The notes under the pieces are model-generated. The model had not been told where the DNA came from, did no database searches, and saw only the letters and a program-made list of their open reading frames with translations. A stretch of 63,128 nucleotides of DNA, counting the filler, from Sphacelaria rigidula (taxonomy: Eukaryota): NCBI GenBank assembly GCA_964200075.2. It is 6 parts of 6 records of this genome, joined end to end, with 100 filler letters (N's around TTAATTAATTAA, not from the genome) between each part and the next. Parts side by side here need not be neighbours in the genome. Positions count along the whole stretch, not along the records: positions 10,540 to 20,977 come from CAXNAA020006492.1; positions 21,078 to 31,515 come from CAXNAA020006493.1; 4 more parts are not named here. One strand, given 5' to 3'. Shown piece after piece: positions 13,311 to 25,962 of this stretch. Numbering within the stretch: the stretch's first letter is position 1; each line of letters opens with the position of its first letter. The translations under genes and the position numbers were made by a program.

Positions 13311-14399
13311 GTTCTACTGCCAGAATACGCAGCACTGGCTCTGCTCTGTAGCACGTTAGTAGTATACCTATGCGTCAAACTGGCAATTTTACTCCGAATG
13401 GCCATCACGGTGGAAGAGGCAAGTTTCATGCAGCCGCGGTCGCTGCTTGACGTCCCCTCCTCTGTCTCCCTCTGCCTTCCTCTGTCTCTTATCTATTTAT
13501 ATATTATTGCCGTTCTCTCTCTTTCTCCCCTCCTCTTTCTATCGTGTGTTGCGGTTTCTCTCTACCAAGACTGGTATGGAAATCAATTTGGTCGACCTCA
13601 GCCTGCATGGGTGTCTTTCATAGGCATTTGAATACTTAGCGGAGCTGAAGTTGAAATCTCCACTTGGTCAAAACTCAATGTTGAGTAGCAGATGCCACCC
13701 GTGAATATATACCCTGCTACGCATACTGTTTATCATTACCGTAACATCTAAATTTCGTTCGAAAGAGAGATGATGGTATTACATAGAGTTTGCCTAAACT
13801 TGAGCGAGTGACGAACTCACCGATCACCGGGGGTCCTATCCCTACACACTCCCTCGATTTTGAGCCCTTAGGTGTGTTTGATCTTGGTCTTTGTTTCACT
13901 GCGTGGAGATTCTCACCTAAGGACATGCGACAAAAGCTCATCGGAGCCCTTCTCTTGCGACCTGTACCAGATCTTAGATTGGTGCTCTCGCTCTTGATTA
14001 CTTTTATTCCTTTCTCGTCTCAGTTTACTCTCCTACTTCCCTCCTCTCTTTCATGTCTTTGCGCTCATGAAGGGTTTCTGAGGGAGTGCCTCCGCGCTGT
14101 ACCTTCCTGGGGTACGCCTGTTGTGTTACCACGGCTGGATTCACAACGGATGAGTTGATGTGCGACCAGTCAAATCTATCCAGCCCATGTGTCACGCGTG
14201 ATCGATAGATCCCGGTGTTACGTTTGAACAGCGTTCCCCCAAGGTCTCTACCAATACCACAAGCCCGCTGAGAAAGACGCAAGAAGCAAGACTTGGGCAC
14301 CTTTCGGCTGTCGTCCGAACGCAAAAACCGCTGTTTCTAGAATCGTGTTTTGAGCTGAGAGTTTAGACCTTCTCGAGCAGGCTTCTTGATCACTGAGCA

Positions 14400-14645
14400 A
14401 TGCTACGGTAGGGTTGCACTTTTTGCGCGAAATCTTGTCCGGTTCAGGGGCTCCTAAAGATTTGACATGCACAAGAATATGGGCCAGGGCACCCCCGTTT
14501 CTAAAATTCATTCGGGATAACCCTAGCACATTGGAACAGTAATCCTGGCGTACTCTCACATATTTCATGAGCCGTGCTTTGGATGAGATACAAGGCTCCT
14601 AACAATTCCTAGCTCAGAAAATATTTGTGTACCTCTACCTTACAC
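14400..14645 (+). mobile_element. MITE family A copy (about 245 bp)
   Basis: Left TIR ATGCTACGGTAGGGTTGCAC and a degenerate right TIR. Colinear with 60685-61190 once the nested insert there is removed. Confidence 0.8.
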
Positions 14646-15058
14646 TTTCCGGGCTTTTGACCCTCCAGACGTCGCCCTTGGTCGAATCGATCTCGGTTGT
14701 GTGTACCTTCAAACCGTGAATCTTCAGGGTTTTAGTCATGCCCAGAACCTAGTGCGTCACAGGTAGATATCAGGTTTCTCTGAACGATGTTCGTCAGCAT
14801 GTAGTGCCATTCCCTGCTCTTGCGCCAGGCGCGACATATATAAATTGAGATAAATATCCGAGCGCTACTGACTGCGCTCTTCATGCCAACGTCTATCGAC
14901 CGTGAAAACACGGGAGAGCGGCACCAAGCCCTCGCACGTGTTGAACCGAATAAACACAAAAGAAACATGTCAGTCCGTCCGAGAGTACTTGAACGATTGT
15001 TCTTCGTCCTTTTCCCCGTCCTCCGTCGGTCCCTCACTACGTGATTACTGTTGTCAAG

Positions 15059-17901
15059 GTGTCTGGCGACATTCATGCGACTGGTACAGCGAGCGCGCAA
15101 GGATCGGGTCTCCCGTGGCCAGCCAATTTCTTCCACCAGGGAAGAACTGGGACAAACCCACTGGGTGAGGTGCTGCGAATGCGGCAAGCACCGTGCGATG
15201 CCCAACGGAGTAAGCCTCGATGAGATGCTGCACGCCTATGGCCTTCAACACGTGAGCGAACTCCATTTTCCTACTTTTTTTTGAATTTGTCGACGTACGC
15301 TTGCAATTTGGGGGCTCGTCGGGTGTTTGGTTTGGGCTGTTTGGTGCCAAAACTGAATCAGATCCACCAAACGGCAAAATCGTAGATGGTGGCAACAGCG
15401 CTATTCTACTATCCTCCAACCGAATCAGAATCGCCAGCTCACGCGCGAGAGAAGTCTATTCGGTCGGCAGTATAATCGCAATCTTGTTTATCCCTGCCTC
15501 CTCACCCCATGCCCTGCTCAGACCCCCCATGGGGTTGCCGTCGGTTGGGAATGACGCTGTGAAACACGCCGCTCACTGTGTCAGCAAGCTAGGCAGCCAG
15601 GTTACCTTTTTGTTTTGCGCGCTTGCGGTTTTCCGCGGTAACCACAATGGTAGTCAGGCTAGACCATATATTGCGGGGCGGGAGAGCCTGAATTTCGTAC
15701 CAAGGGGATTATCATACTGCATAGTTTTTACATGGTGAGGCGCTCATGAGGCACTGTAGAACCCGTGGCTGTCTCTAGATGTGGCGATACCACTAAATGA
15801 AGCAACGCATTGAAAGTCATCATCCAAATGCAAGATAATCAGTACGCTTCGGGTCGAACAATCTCAGCAGGATGCAGCTCACCCTTCATACGACTCGCCG
15901 AGCACATCACGGCGCTTCACGCTTGGTGATTGAGTGCGAGCCTGGTCCGGTGAAAACCCGGCGTGCTCCGTCTCGGCATTCGTAAGGACGCGAGGTCGAT
16001 GGTAATATGATTTCGACGTGGAAGATCATGATCACACCCCCTATGCCCTACTCGGCACGAGGTCATCATCTTGAGGGGTCGACTTGCCTCTCTCACGGGT
16101 AGCTGTTCTGGCCCTTGTTTCATCAAGTGTTGTAGGAGCACCCGGCAGGTTTTCTGCTTGCTATCGGACCTGAATTTTGCTACTGGTCTTCTCGTGCTGT
16201 TGATGTGACGGAAGCCATATCTTGGATGAAAGCACCATACCTGTCGGGGAACGGACCCACGGAAGACACAGAAACTGTCCTTTGATGCACCAGTTTGCCC
16301 CCCAGGGCACAGCGCTACCACTTTACGGTGTCTGTGCGTTCACGCACAATGTTTGATACGCTGCATCGTTTGAAAACGACAATTACTCCTACAGAGACCA
16401 CCGTCCGCTGTTGTCGAGCTGTTGGTGGTACTCGCTCGCGTGCAGTCTGTCCGAGGTCTCGAACACCCGTTGCGAATTTGCAGAATGATGATGTGCTGTC
16501 GAGGGTGCATGACAGTTCTCCGCTCGAGTGAAGCGCCCTCAAATTTCAAGCCTTCTCGAACAGTTTCCGCTCGATCAGCTTTGATCAGACATGCAATACT
16601 TAGCCAGTTTCACCATACTAAAAGCAACGTATTCGTGAGATGAAGAGTCTTTCGTTGATTGAGAGCGAGTTGTATCAATCGCTCGAACTCGAGCAATTTT
16701 TCATCCTGTACGTGCATTGCTTTGACTGCAATATATTTTTTTCTTTTCCTGCATTACTGCCGTGTGCTTACAGCTGCAAGTCGATATTCCTACTCAGGGA
16801 CATCAAAGGCTTCAGTCGCAAGCTAGTAGTACAAAAAGCGTATCGTGCCTCGTCGCAGGTCCGGAGGGACATTTCGAGACTGACACTATTTCATTCATCA
16901 ATTGACCGCTTCCCACTCTCAAGCGTATCCTAGACTCTAAATCTCACGAAAGCATTGTTGTTCCCCGTAATGCCGTTCGGACCGCCTTCGTCGCAAACAG
17001 TGCCCTACAGCCCAAATCGACGAACACTTGCTCACATGCGTCTTGCGCTGATGATAAAACACACCAGGCTCGAGTCTGGGTTTGTCCCAGGAACACGTGG
17101 GACCCGGCCTTCGGGTCCTGCATGGTGCCGCAGGCATGTACTAGCTTTACAGAGGCCGAACTTTTCGGGCACTCGACACCGTTGGCCGCGCACGGGCGAA
17201 ACAGCAGCTCGGGCACCGGGAGCGAGAGCCCTGCATTTGCGCCATCGGGCACAGCAGTAGACAGTGGCAGTCGCTCGCCCGCCTCGTCCATACTAGGTAA
17301 GCACCGCCGTTCTTCCAATGTGGATGATGACGACGATCATCCCTACGACATCGACGGTCCCGCTCTGGACGAAGGCGCGCTCTCGACTGTCCCAGGTATT
17401 GGCATCAACGACGCACGCTCCACACTGGACAGCGGCGTCGGGCGAAAGGAGCTAAGGGGAGGCGGCACGGGAAGCGATGGTGCTGGCGGTCGCAGTTGTA
17501 GGGGTGACTGCGGTAGTCGCGGGAGCGGCTGCGTCCGTGGTAAGGATGGCGGAGCGGCAGTGGGATCAGCTAAAGGGTTTCCCCGCGGGCCACAGCCCAA
17601 GAGGCGTTGCCAAGGTCTTCGAAACAGCCGCCAAGCTAGGTCGCTGGATCCGCTTGTGATCGGGCCACCCGTGCTTGGTGGCGAGGCCAGCGGTACTGGG
17701 AGAAGCGGCGGCGAGACAGGTGGGGGAGGCGGAGACGCTGGTGGGGCGGAGGGAGCGCAGGGCGAGGGGGGCGGAAACCAGGTGCCGTGTCGGGAGGAGC
17801 AGTACGAAGACTTGAAGGCGGACGCAGATATCCTGTGGCTGTTTGCTGGAAGGAATGCGGGTGGCGGCGGACCAGGGTCGAAGCGACTCCGAAGGCTCTA
17901 A
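15059..17901 (+). CDS. 3' part of a CW-type zinc-finger protein gene (exons 15059-15251 and 17068-17901)
   Basis: A phase-0 GT..AG intron (15252-17067) joins WVRCCECGKHRAMP...QH to ARVWVCPRNTWDPAFGSCMVPQ. This restores a complete zf-CW pattern, followed by a Gly/Ser-rich tail to TAA at 17901. Upstream exons were not identified. Confidence 0.8.
15520..16035 (-). repeat. Dispersed ~500-bp repeat family, intronic copy
   Basis: The reverse complement aligns with 58525-59010. Its core also matches 52692-52830. Confidence 0.75.
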
Positions 17902-20900
17902 CGACGAGAAGAGTTCGGAACAGCAGAAGGTTGGCACAATTAATCGTCGCGCTCCAGGATGTTGGAGCCAGACCGATGCATGTGTGAAGGGAGGATAAGG
18001 ATAATATTTTGGGTTGTAGTTGAAGGAGAGATTAAATGGGTACGCTGGCGTTTTTCACCCGCCCTCAAACATCCCGCCGCTAGCTTTCAATCGAGCCATG
18101 CTATAATCTTGCACGGGATGGCGCACGCGTTCGGCTTCAAACAGTCTTTGGGTGTGTGTATTACCGCAAACACGCGTGGGTGTACGCCGGCGTAACCTTT
18201 TCTCACATGCCAAGCTATCTGTCCTTTGCCGAGACATCAGTCGCAGCGCACTACCCTTTTTTGTGACACCGACAGCTCAACATTCGGGGGGAATTGATAC
18301 GTTAAAAAGTGAAATGATGGATACCAGAGGCTTCATTGAAGGGCGTCCTGAATCCTTCTTGCTTAAGGATTTTAGCCCCACCTTTTGTGGTATAATAATA
18401 TGATTGAATTCGTACAACAACAAGCACTCGGTGCTTGTGGTATTTTTCAAGGGGAAAGCTGGGGTGACGGGGCGCTTTGTTACTCAGTAACACATCATGT
18501 CACCAGACGAATTGGTATAGCCTGTAAATGTTATGTATGGGACAACAGGCGTAGGTATGGGATGAGCGGAAGGCGATGGTGATGACGTCGTTGGAGTGCG
18601 TTCATACATCGTTGTGTATCGCGTACTGTAGATTCTACCGAAAGACCGCGACCCCGTGTGTCCATATCTTGATGTGATTGTTTGATTCTGCGGTGCTGGT
18701 GGATGTACGTGTGTCTGTGTCGATTTTCGCGGGAGAAAGCTTCCCAAATCTGTACAACAACCTACCTTCACATGTACAACCCAATAAACCAGAGTGCGTC
18801 AGGATTACCAACCGACAGCAGCCGGCACGCCCCGGCGGTGTAATGCAGTGAAACAACTGACACCATCGCTGGGGAAAGAACGAGGGTTTGAATCTCGCCA
18901 GATTCGTCTGGGTTGTTTCCCCGAGAAGAGTGTCTGATTTCCGCTGCTGCTGAAGAAGCTTGAGGACGTGAATAGGAGAATTTGTTTGTTTGACTGATCA
19001 TGTTTAACGAGTCGACGTGATGCGAGCGTATTTGGTCATGATCCAATCTTTTGGACAAGGATGCATGGCGTTTAACGGGGGAGAGATGGGTTGATCCCTT
19101 TTGAGACCACGGACTCGTCGCGTGGGAGGGAAGATATGTCAATGCGACGAAATATACGAAAAGAGTAGAGCACCTGTCTACAGTGTATAATTTCTTGCCC
19201 CTCCGGCCAGTACGTACTTCAGCCCCCCAAACGTAGCCTTTTGCGGGCGAGGGTGGGTAGCTATGTACCTCATTTCATGCCGGTTAACTTTTGTGCAGGC
19301 GGACGCGTGCGCATTTCACGGAGGTGGTGTGAGGCAGAGGGTGAGATTAATGATGTTGTGAACATAGGGAGAGTGGGGATGGGTGGGATGAACGAGTCGA
19401 CATATACACACTGTAGCACGAGTGAGGGAGAGAGGCGACGGTGAGGGGGGGACTGAATCAGTAGCCTTGGCTCTTGCTATATGGATGTCGATGTAGGTTG
19501 TCGGCGTTTGCATGTAGCAGCAACCGGTAGAAGATAGGGCGAGTAGGCGTCGCGGTACATGCAGCTGCTCCGAAAATGTTAGTACGTGAAATCAACACAC
19601 CCAGCAGTAAGTAGTGATCAGCACTACCGAGTAGGGTATCTATGTAAAGTAACAACTGTTGACAGCGCGTGAAGGTATGCTTAGCTGTACTATGTTTCGA
19701 CATTTGCCTCAGCAAGAAGTCGTCATTGGAGAAGCGGGGAAGAACGGGGCAGCGGTGGTCAATGCGGCAGAACGTTTGAGTTGTGCGTAGCCTGCGGTTT
19801 GATCGAGTATTTTTGATTGGAAAAAAAATGATCGTTATAATATTTGTTTCAAGGGTGTGGAGGGAGCCGGCGGGAGTCCTGTTGAAGCAAATGTGGGACG
19901 TGTGCAGCTAGTTTTTGAGACTGTACGTCTATACACGTAATCTTACCGTGTAATGAGTCGTGTTCAGGGAAACTGGGCGTGGATGTTCCCGCCATGTACT
20001 GTACTGTAGGTGTAATACTACAAAGCGAAGTTTTCGAGTCCTATGCGCAGCTATTCTTCTTAGGACGGGTAACACCAGACGCACAAATAAAGTATATTAT
20101 CACGAGCTAGGGAGGGTGAGTGTCGGGGGGGGGGCGGGGCGGGACGTTGTACATGCAGTGATTCCTGTGACTACCGCTCAGGAGTTGGTGCGTTGGAGAA
20201 GATAACGCAATAGGAGGTTCGAGCACATGCCCCACATGTCTCTGTGTTGTCGTGGATATGGGGGCTCAGTAGCGGCGATTTTTGTGCACTGCTGATATTG
20301 GTGTGGATGTAGTCGAAGAGGAGACAAACGAGTTTCTCGGCCTAAGGGAATACCAAAACGGCGTAAAAGATTGATCACATGTTTTTTCGCGTACGAGGAT
20401 ATGCGCACTGTACAAACGCGTGATGTACTTACCGTTGGTATTGCCATCATGTGATATGTGTTTCATAGCAGCAAGCCTGCTTTGTCTTGTCACGAGGATG
20501 TCTAACATAAGAAAACATATTTCCAGTTAACTCACAGCAAGTATACCGAAGCATTGTTCACCCCGTATTACAGGTAGTACACGACCCACAAACATCCACA
20601 CAAGCTTGGCCTATTCAAGCACTTGTGTGCGAGTCACAGCCGACCGCCGGGGCATATAGGGTGCTGAGTACAGTATGCCATGAAATGTTTTCATCACTTC
20701 TTTGCTGGAGCTCGTCACAATAAATCTTGCCTAACGTCGGCTGCACCATGTGGAGGGTATCTTGTCTAGCCTCTGCAAACTCCGCAGGGTCCGTTACTAG
20801 GTACGAATCAGTATCGATGGGGCTACTGTGGAAAGCCTCCATCGAGATGAAAAAAGGAGATGCATCCCCTCCCTAAAGTGCGCATGGGCAGTAGAGGGGG

Positions 20901-20977
20901 GAGGGGTGGGGAGGGGGGGGGGGGGGGGGGGTTGAGTTTTCTGTTTTTCTCATATAGGAAAAAAATACATTTCATAT

Positions 20978-21077
20978 NNNNNNNNNNNNNNNNNNNNNNN
21001 NNNNNNNNNNNNNNNNNNNNNTTAATTAATTAANNNNNNNNNNNNNNNNNNNNNNNNNNNNNNNNNNNNNNNNNNNN
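20978..21077. other. Artificial 100-bp contig linker
   Basis: N-run containing TTAATTAATTAA. Confidence 0.98.
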
Positions 21078-21152
21078 TAAAACATCGTGGTAAATCGGCA
21101 AATCAGGGTGCGTCTTCAAATCCATGTAGCACTGCGATCCGACAAGGTCTCA

Positions 21153-22571
21153 GGCCGTGTCTTATCATTTTTTTTCCGACTCGAACGAGTTCGTGCGGTG
21201 GAATTGCTTCACTTCGCTTTGCTATGTGTGGGTCCGAGCGAATTTGCACGCTTTGACTCGAAAAGGCGAAGCGAAATTCGTGAAGCGGTACTTCTTTAAT
21301 TATGTTCAGAATATAGGACAGAGCAGACAAAACAGGCTGTACAACAGTGGCGGCCTGTACTGTACTGTTGGTCCAGATGGTGTGTGTTTCGCACAGAATG
21401 CAGCCGCGATGTGGAAAAGAAGCGGGCAACGCGACACACAGCAGATTTGACAGACGGCGCAGCTTTCTGACTCTCTGCATACAGAAGGATGTGAAGCAGA
21501 ATTGAACCACGTGCAGTTTTTCACCGCTTCGAGTGTCCGTGAGCGCGTTGGCAATTCGATCGTTCACCCCGACACGCAGCTCAGTCGGTGGACCCGGCCA
21601 CAAAATTAGATGCCACAAGCTTTTGCCAACAAGAAAAAAACGTATGCTAAAAGTGTGGTGTTGTCGGTTTCCCATCACCGCTGCAGTATATATTCCTGTG
21701 CTGAGTTCGTGATGTGTGCCGCAGGGTTGGGTACGTAGCTGCGAATGAACCATTTGGATTTTGGGTATTTCTGTGAAAGGGTAGTATCTGGCAGGGTTGT
21801 CTCCAACATAGGTACTTCTTTACCTTTATAAAGTACAGTGCAGACAGGACAATTCAGACTGTTCAACAGTGGCGGCCTGTACTTCTGTGTTGTGTAGACA
21901 GTGCGTGTGTTTCGCTCGGCATGCAGCCGCGATGTGGAAAAGAAGCGGGCAACGCGACACACGGCAGATTTGACAGACAGCACAGCTTTCTCATTCTCTG
22001 CATACAAGAGGATGCGAAGTAGACTTGAACCATGTGCAGTTTTGCACCGCCTCGACTGTCCACGACCGCGTTGGCAATTCGATCGCCCACCCCGACAGGC
22101 AACTCCGTCGGTGAACCCTGCCACAAAATTAGATGCCCAAGTTTTCGCCAACAAAAAGGGACACATCATGCCAAAACAGTGGTGATGTGGGATTCCCATC
22201 ACTGCAGTGTGTGTATCCCTGCGCTCAGTCGTGATCTGTGCCGCAAGGTTGAGTAGCTATTCAATAGGTGCGAATGAACCATTTGGGTTTTGCGAACCTC
22301 TGTGAAAGGGTAGTATCTGGTATCTGGCACGGTTGTCGGCAAGATGCCCCATAGGAGTTACGTGCCGCTTCGTCCATTCCGCCGCTCGTTTCGCTTGAAA
22401 AAGCTAAGCTTTTCTGCTTTTTACCCTGCCAGTCGCGCGCAACTAATTATAAAATGGACTTGAAGCCACCTAGGAACATAATCGCCGTGGACGTATCTGA
22501 TTCGGCCTCGTAACGACCAGTTCGATTCGACCGCACGTTTTCGAGTCGGAAAAAAATGATAATACACGGCC
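21153..22571. mobile_element. Non-autonomous PIF/Harbinger-type element with an internal ~522-bp tandem duplication
   Basis: TIR GGCCGTGT(C/A)TTATCATTTTTTTCCGACTCGAA at both ends, with 3-bp TSD TCA (21150-21152 and 22572-22574). Internal units at about 21285-21800 and 21810-22335. Confidence 0.85.
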
Positions 22572-22739
22572 TCATCAAACGAAATACCAAACTGTAACCA
22601 GCGAAAGTGTAGAGAGTTCACGGTACTATGTCGGCGGGACTAGCCAAAGGAATACGGATGGGCACGGATTTTCGGTTACAGTCAGTTTCGTGGCGCGTGG
22701 TGACGCGCAACCTGTGGCACGATGCCCGAGCTCAATACT

Positions 22740-23355
22740 CAGTCGTTTTCGATAAAATTTTGATATGATGTACAGGAAGTATGTGCAAACACGTGTTCGT
22801 TCCTCCCGTGTGTCTTTTCCCTTTGTTCGTGAGTTATTGGCGACGGAATATTTCAGAACACTTATTTCCGGAGTAAAATCGCCACAAACTTACGCAGAAG
22901 AACAGCAAATAACATAGGAGGAAAGCTTCGGTATTTGCACATACGTCCTGTGCATCGTGTCAACATTTCGTTGTAAACGATCCAAAATTGAGCGCAGGAA
23001 ATGCGTTTCAATTATTCGCAACTGGTCCACCTCCACATGCTATGGAAACCGCTTGTCGACAGAATGACGCATTTTCTCCACTCAATTTTGAATCTTTTCC
23101 GATGGAATTTTGACACGACGTACAGGACGTTTGTGTGGACACCTCACCTTCCATCCCCTGTTTTTATTTTTTTCCGTGAGCAATTCGCGAAGTAACATTT
23201 CAGAACAGGTGTTTGCAAAATTGCCAATAACTCACGAAGGAAAATAAATTGAACAGGACATGAAAGGTGAGGTGTTCGCACACACGTCCTGTACGTCGTG
23301 TCGAAATTTCATCGAACCGATCCAAAATTGAGCGAAGAAAATGCGTTTCAACATT
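22740..23355. repeat. Alternating inverted and direct copies of a ~130-bp unit (MITE-like)
   Basis: The motif ACGTCCTGT..GTGTC..ATCCAAAATTGAGCG..GAAATGCGTTTCAA is at about 22943-23011 and 23284-23351, with inverted copies at about 23066-23130 and 22740-22780. Confidence 0.65.
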
Positions 23356-23644
23356 CCTCGTGGCTACTTGGTCGGCCCAGCCGGTACAGCCGCGGTCAAA
23401 GGTGCACGTTTGTTTCAGTTTGTTTCTCGTTCGGACCGCGAAGCGGTTCGTCGATGTGAATCTCACTACTTCGTTTCTACCGCATCATATGTATGCCATT
23501 GAAGAGGTGACGTACCGTCGCGGTCGAAGGGTTACCATAGTTGTTCCTCATGAACTCAGCGTGCCCCAACGCTCCGCCCACGGGATATATTCATGGGTGG
23601 GGTTCGGGGTCTGTGTCGGTGGAGTGATGCAAGGGCAGGTCGAG

Positions 23645-25679
23645 TAGACTGTGCTCAATACTTAGTATTTTAAAATAGTCATACCTGACGTATTCAAAAT
23701 TTCAGTAGAGTATGGGGAGCCGTACTCGACGTAATGGAAATAATGGTAGAGTATTTGACACCGTACTCAACCTAGTCAAGAATTGAGGACGGTATTGAGG
23801 CCATACTCAAGTGATACTGTATAGTCAAGTATCACTGAGAGTACTTGGTCAATATTTGAGTAGAGTATTCGAGACCATACTCAACGTGATCTAAAATGGA
23901 GTCGAGTATTTGAGGCCGTAATTGACGTACTCAAGTTATGAGTAGTGTATTGAGGTCGTACTCGACCTACTCAAAAATTCAAGGTTGTGTTCTGTAACGC
24001 ACGATTTTCTGTATACCCGGGGTATATTTCCGGGGACGTACCGTACCCGACAGTTCTGGAATCTCTGTAAGAATTTCATACCCTTACCCAATTGTTCTGT
24101 AAGTTCTGTACAATACATTTACCCGAACCCAAAGGCGGGTATACCCGAAAAGAGTTACCCGATTGCCGGCAAGGGTTTTCTGATAGCCTCCCATACCGTG
24201 CCCGACGAGTTCTGGAAAGTCTGTGAGACTTTCATACCGGTACCCCACAGTTCTGTACGTTCTGCACATAACAGTCACCCGAACCCGAGGGGCGGGAATA
24301 CCCGTAAAGACTTACCCGATTGCCGGTAATGGTTCTCTGTAAGCCTCCCGTACCCTACCCGACAGGTTCTGTAAAGTCTGTAAGGCTTTCATACCGGTAC
24401 CCGACGGTTCTGTAAACTCAGTGAGACTTACATACCGGTACTCGACAGTTCTGTGAACTCTGTACGGAGTCTCATACCCTACAGGACGTCCCCGTACCTT
24501 ACAGAACACAACCTTGCAAAAATTGACTACAGGATTGGAGGCCGTGCTCGATCTACTCAAACGTCGAGTACAATATTTCAAGGGTAGGTCGAGTACAGTA
24601 TGTACTTTCAAGTACTCTAGTAAAATACTCGAGTATTTGCTCTACTATACTCGACGTTTGAGTAGGTCGACTACGGCCTCCGATACTCTACCCAAATTTT
24701 GAGTAGGTCGAGTACGATCTCAAATACTCTACTCAAAGTTTGCGTAGGTTGACTATGGTCTCTAATACTCGACTCAAATTTTGAGTACATCGAGTACGAC
24801 TTCAAATCCTCTACTCAAATATTGAGTAGGTACTGTCAGTAATATTTGAGTATAGAGTATCACTTGAGTACGGCCTTAAACACTCTACTCGTACTTGGCG
24901 TAGGTGGAGTACGACCTCCAAAACTCTTATCAAGTTTTGAGCAGATCGAGTATGACCTCAAATACAGTCGCGTGATATTGAGACATCAGTCGCACTTATC
25001 CTTGAGCATGGACGACCCCTTGGGCATGGTTAGTATCCCCGACAATCGGCGACTTGATGACGTCACTTCACAGACAATATGGAATACAGAAGCGAACGAA
25101 GGCCATAAATGACATCGCCGGCTGTACATCACAGCCACGGAGGTGTATAAGCGAATTATTGCCATGAAAAAAACAAAAGCGTGCGTGCAGGGCCCTTCGA
25201 CAGTACCCCAACATTCATTCAACCCTAGTTTCGTCCTATTTGCTTCAGATCTGAATGTTTGCTGAAGTTTGACGTAAAATCAGCACTCATCATGGGTGGG
25301 CAACTCCAGGAACACCTCGGGATTTCCTCTACCCGACTTTAAGGATCTCGCGTACAAACTTGATTATTGAAGTTGAATGTATAGGTTCTGGGTACATCGG
25401 ATCCGGCGTCAAATACTCTCCTCGAATGTAGAGTACGTCGAGGACGACGTGAAGTACTCTCCTCAAATATTGTGTAAGCACTGTCAGTAATACTTCAGTA
25501 TCGACTATCACTCGACTATGATGCCAGTACTGTCCTCCAATTGCGAGTCCACTGAGTTTGGGCTAAAAAACTCTACTCGAATAATGGAGTACGTCGAGTA
25601 CGACGTCGAATACTCAACTAAAACTTCGAGTGCTAAACGTATGAGTTATCGAAAATACTGAGTATTAAGTATGCCCTAT
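23645..25679. mobile_element. ~2-kb TIR element built of TACTC/GAGTA subterminal repeats
   Basis: Degenerate TIRs (TAGACTGTGCTCAATACTTAGTATTTT versus AAAATACTGAGTATTAAGTATGCCCTA) and dozens of TACTCGA/TCGAGTA motifs. No clean TSD. Confidence 0.6.
23980..24516. mobile_element. hAT-type MITE (537 bp) with 8-bp TSD
   Basis: TIR CAAGGTTGTGTTCTGTAA and a perfect TSD CAAAAATT at 23972-23979 and 24517-24524. Internal repeats of ATACCGGTACCCGACAGTTCTGT. Confidence 0.9.
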
Positions 25680-25962
25680 TCGATGTGCCCTTGTAATTGT
25701 TGTCAAACTCCCGGGTAAGATTGTACTTGATAATAACCGCGGATTCGATCCGGTCAACCCACTCATCGTTCCACTACTGCACGCAATCTTGATCACGTCT
25801 TCAAATCCAACACGAGAGTCGCCGTGGTCTCCTACGGTGATGTATCGCAGTCCATCCTTCCCGCCGCCCAACGGGACACAACCCCCTTCCATGTTTGACC
25901 CCCTTCCATGTTTGACATGTTGTACCTATCCCTGGCGTCGTGCTCGATCGTTCATTTGATAG

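Noticed and set aside
23640..25680. Repeat-spacer-like pattern that could suggest a CRISPR array
   Set aside because: The repeats are degenerate, occur in both orientations, lack unique constant-length spacers and sit inside TIR elements. There are no cas genes and the context is eukaryotic.
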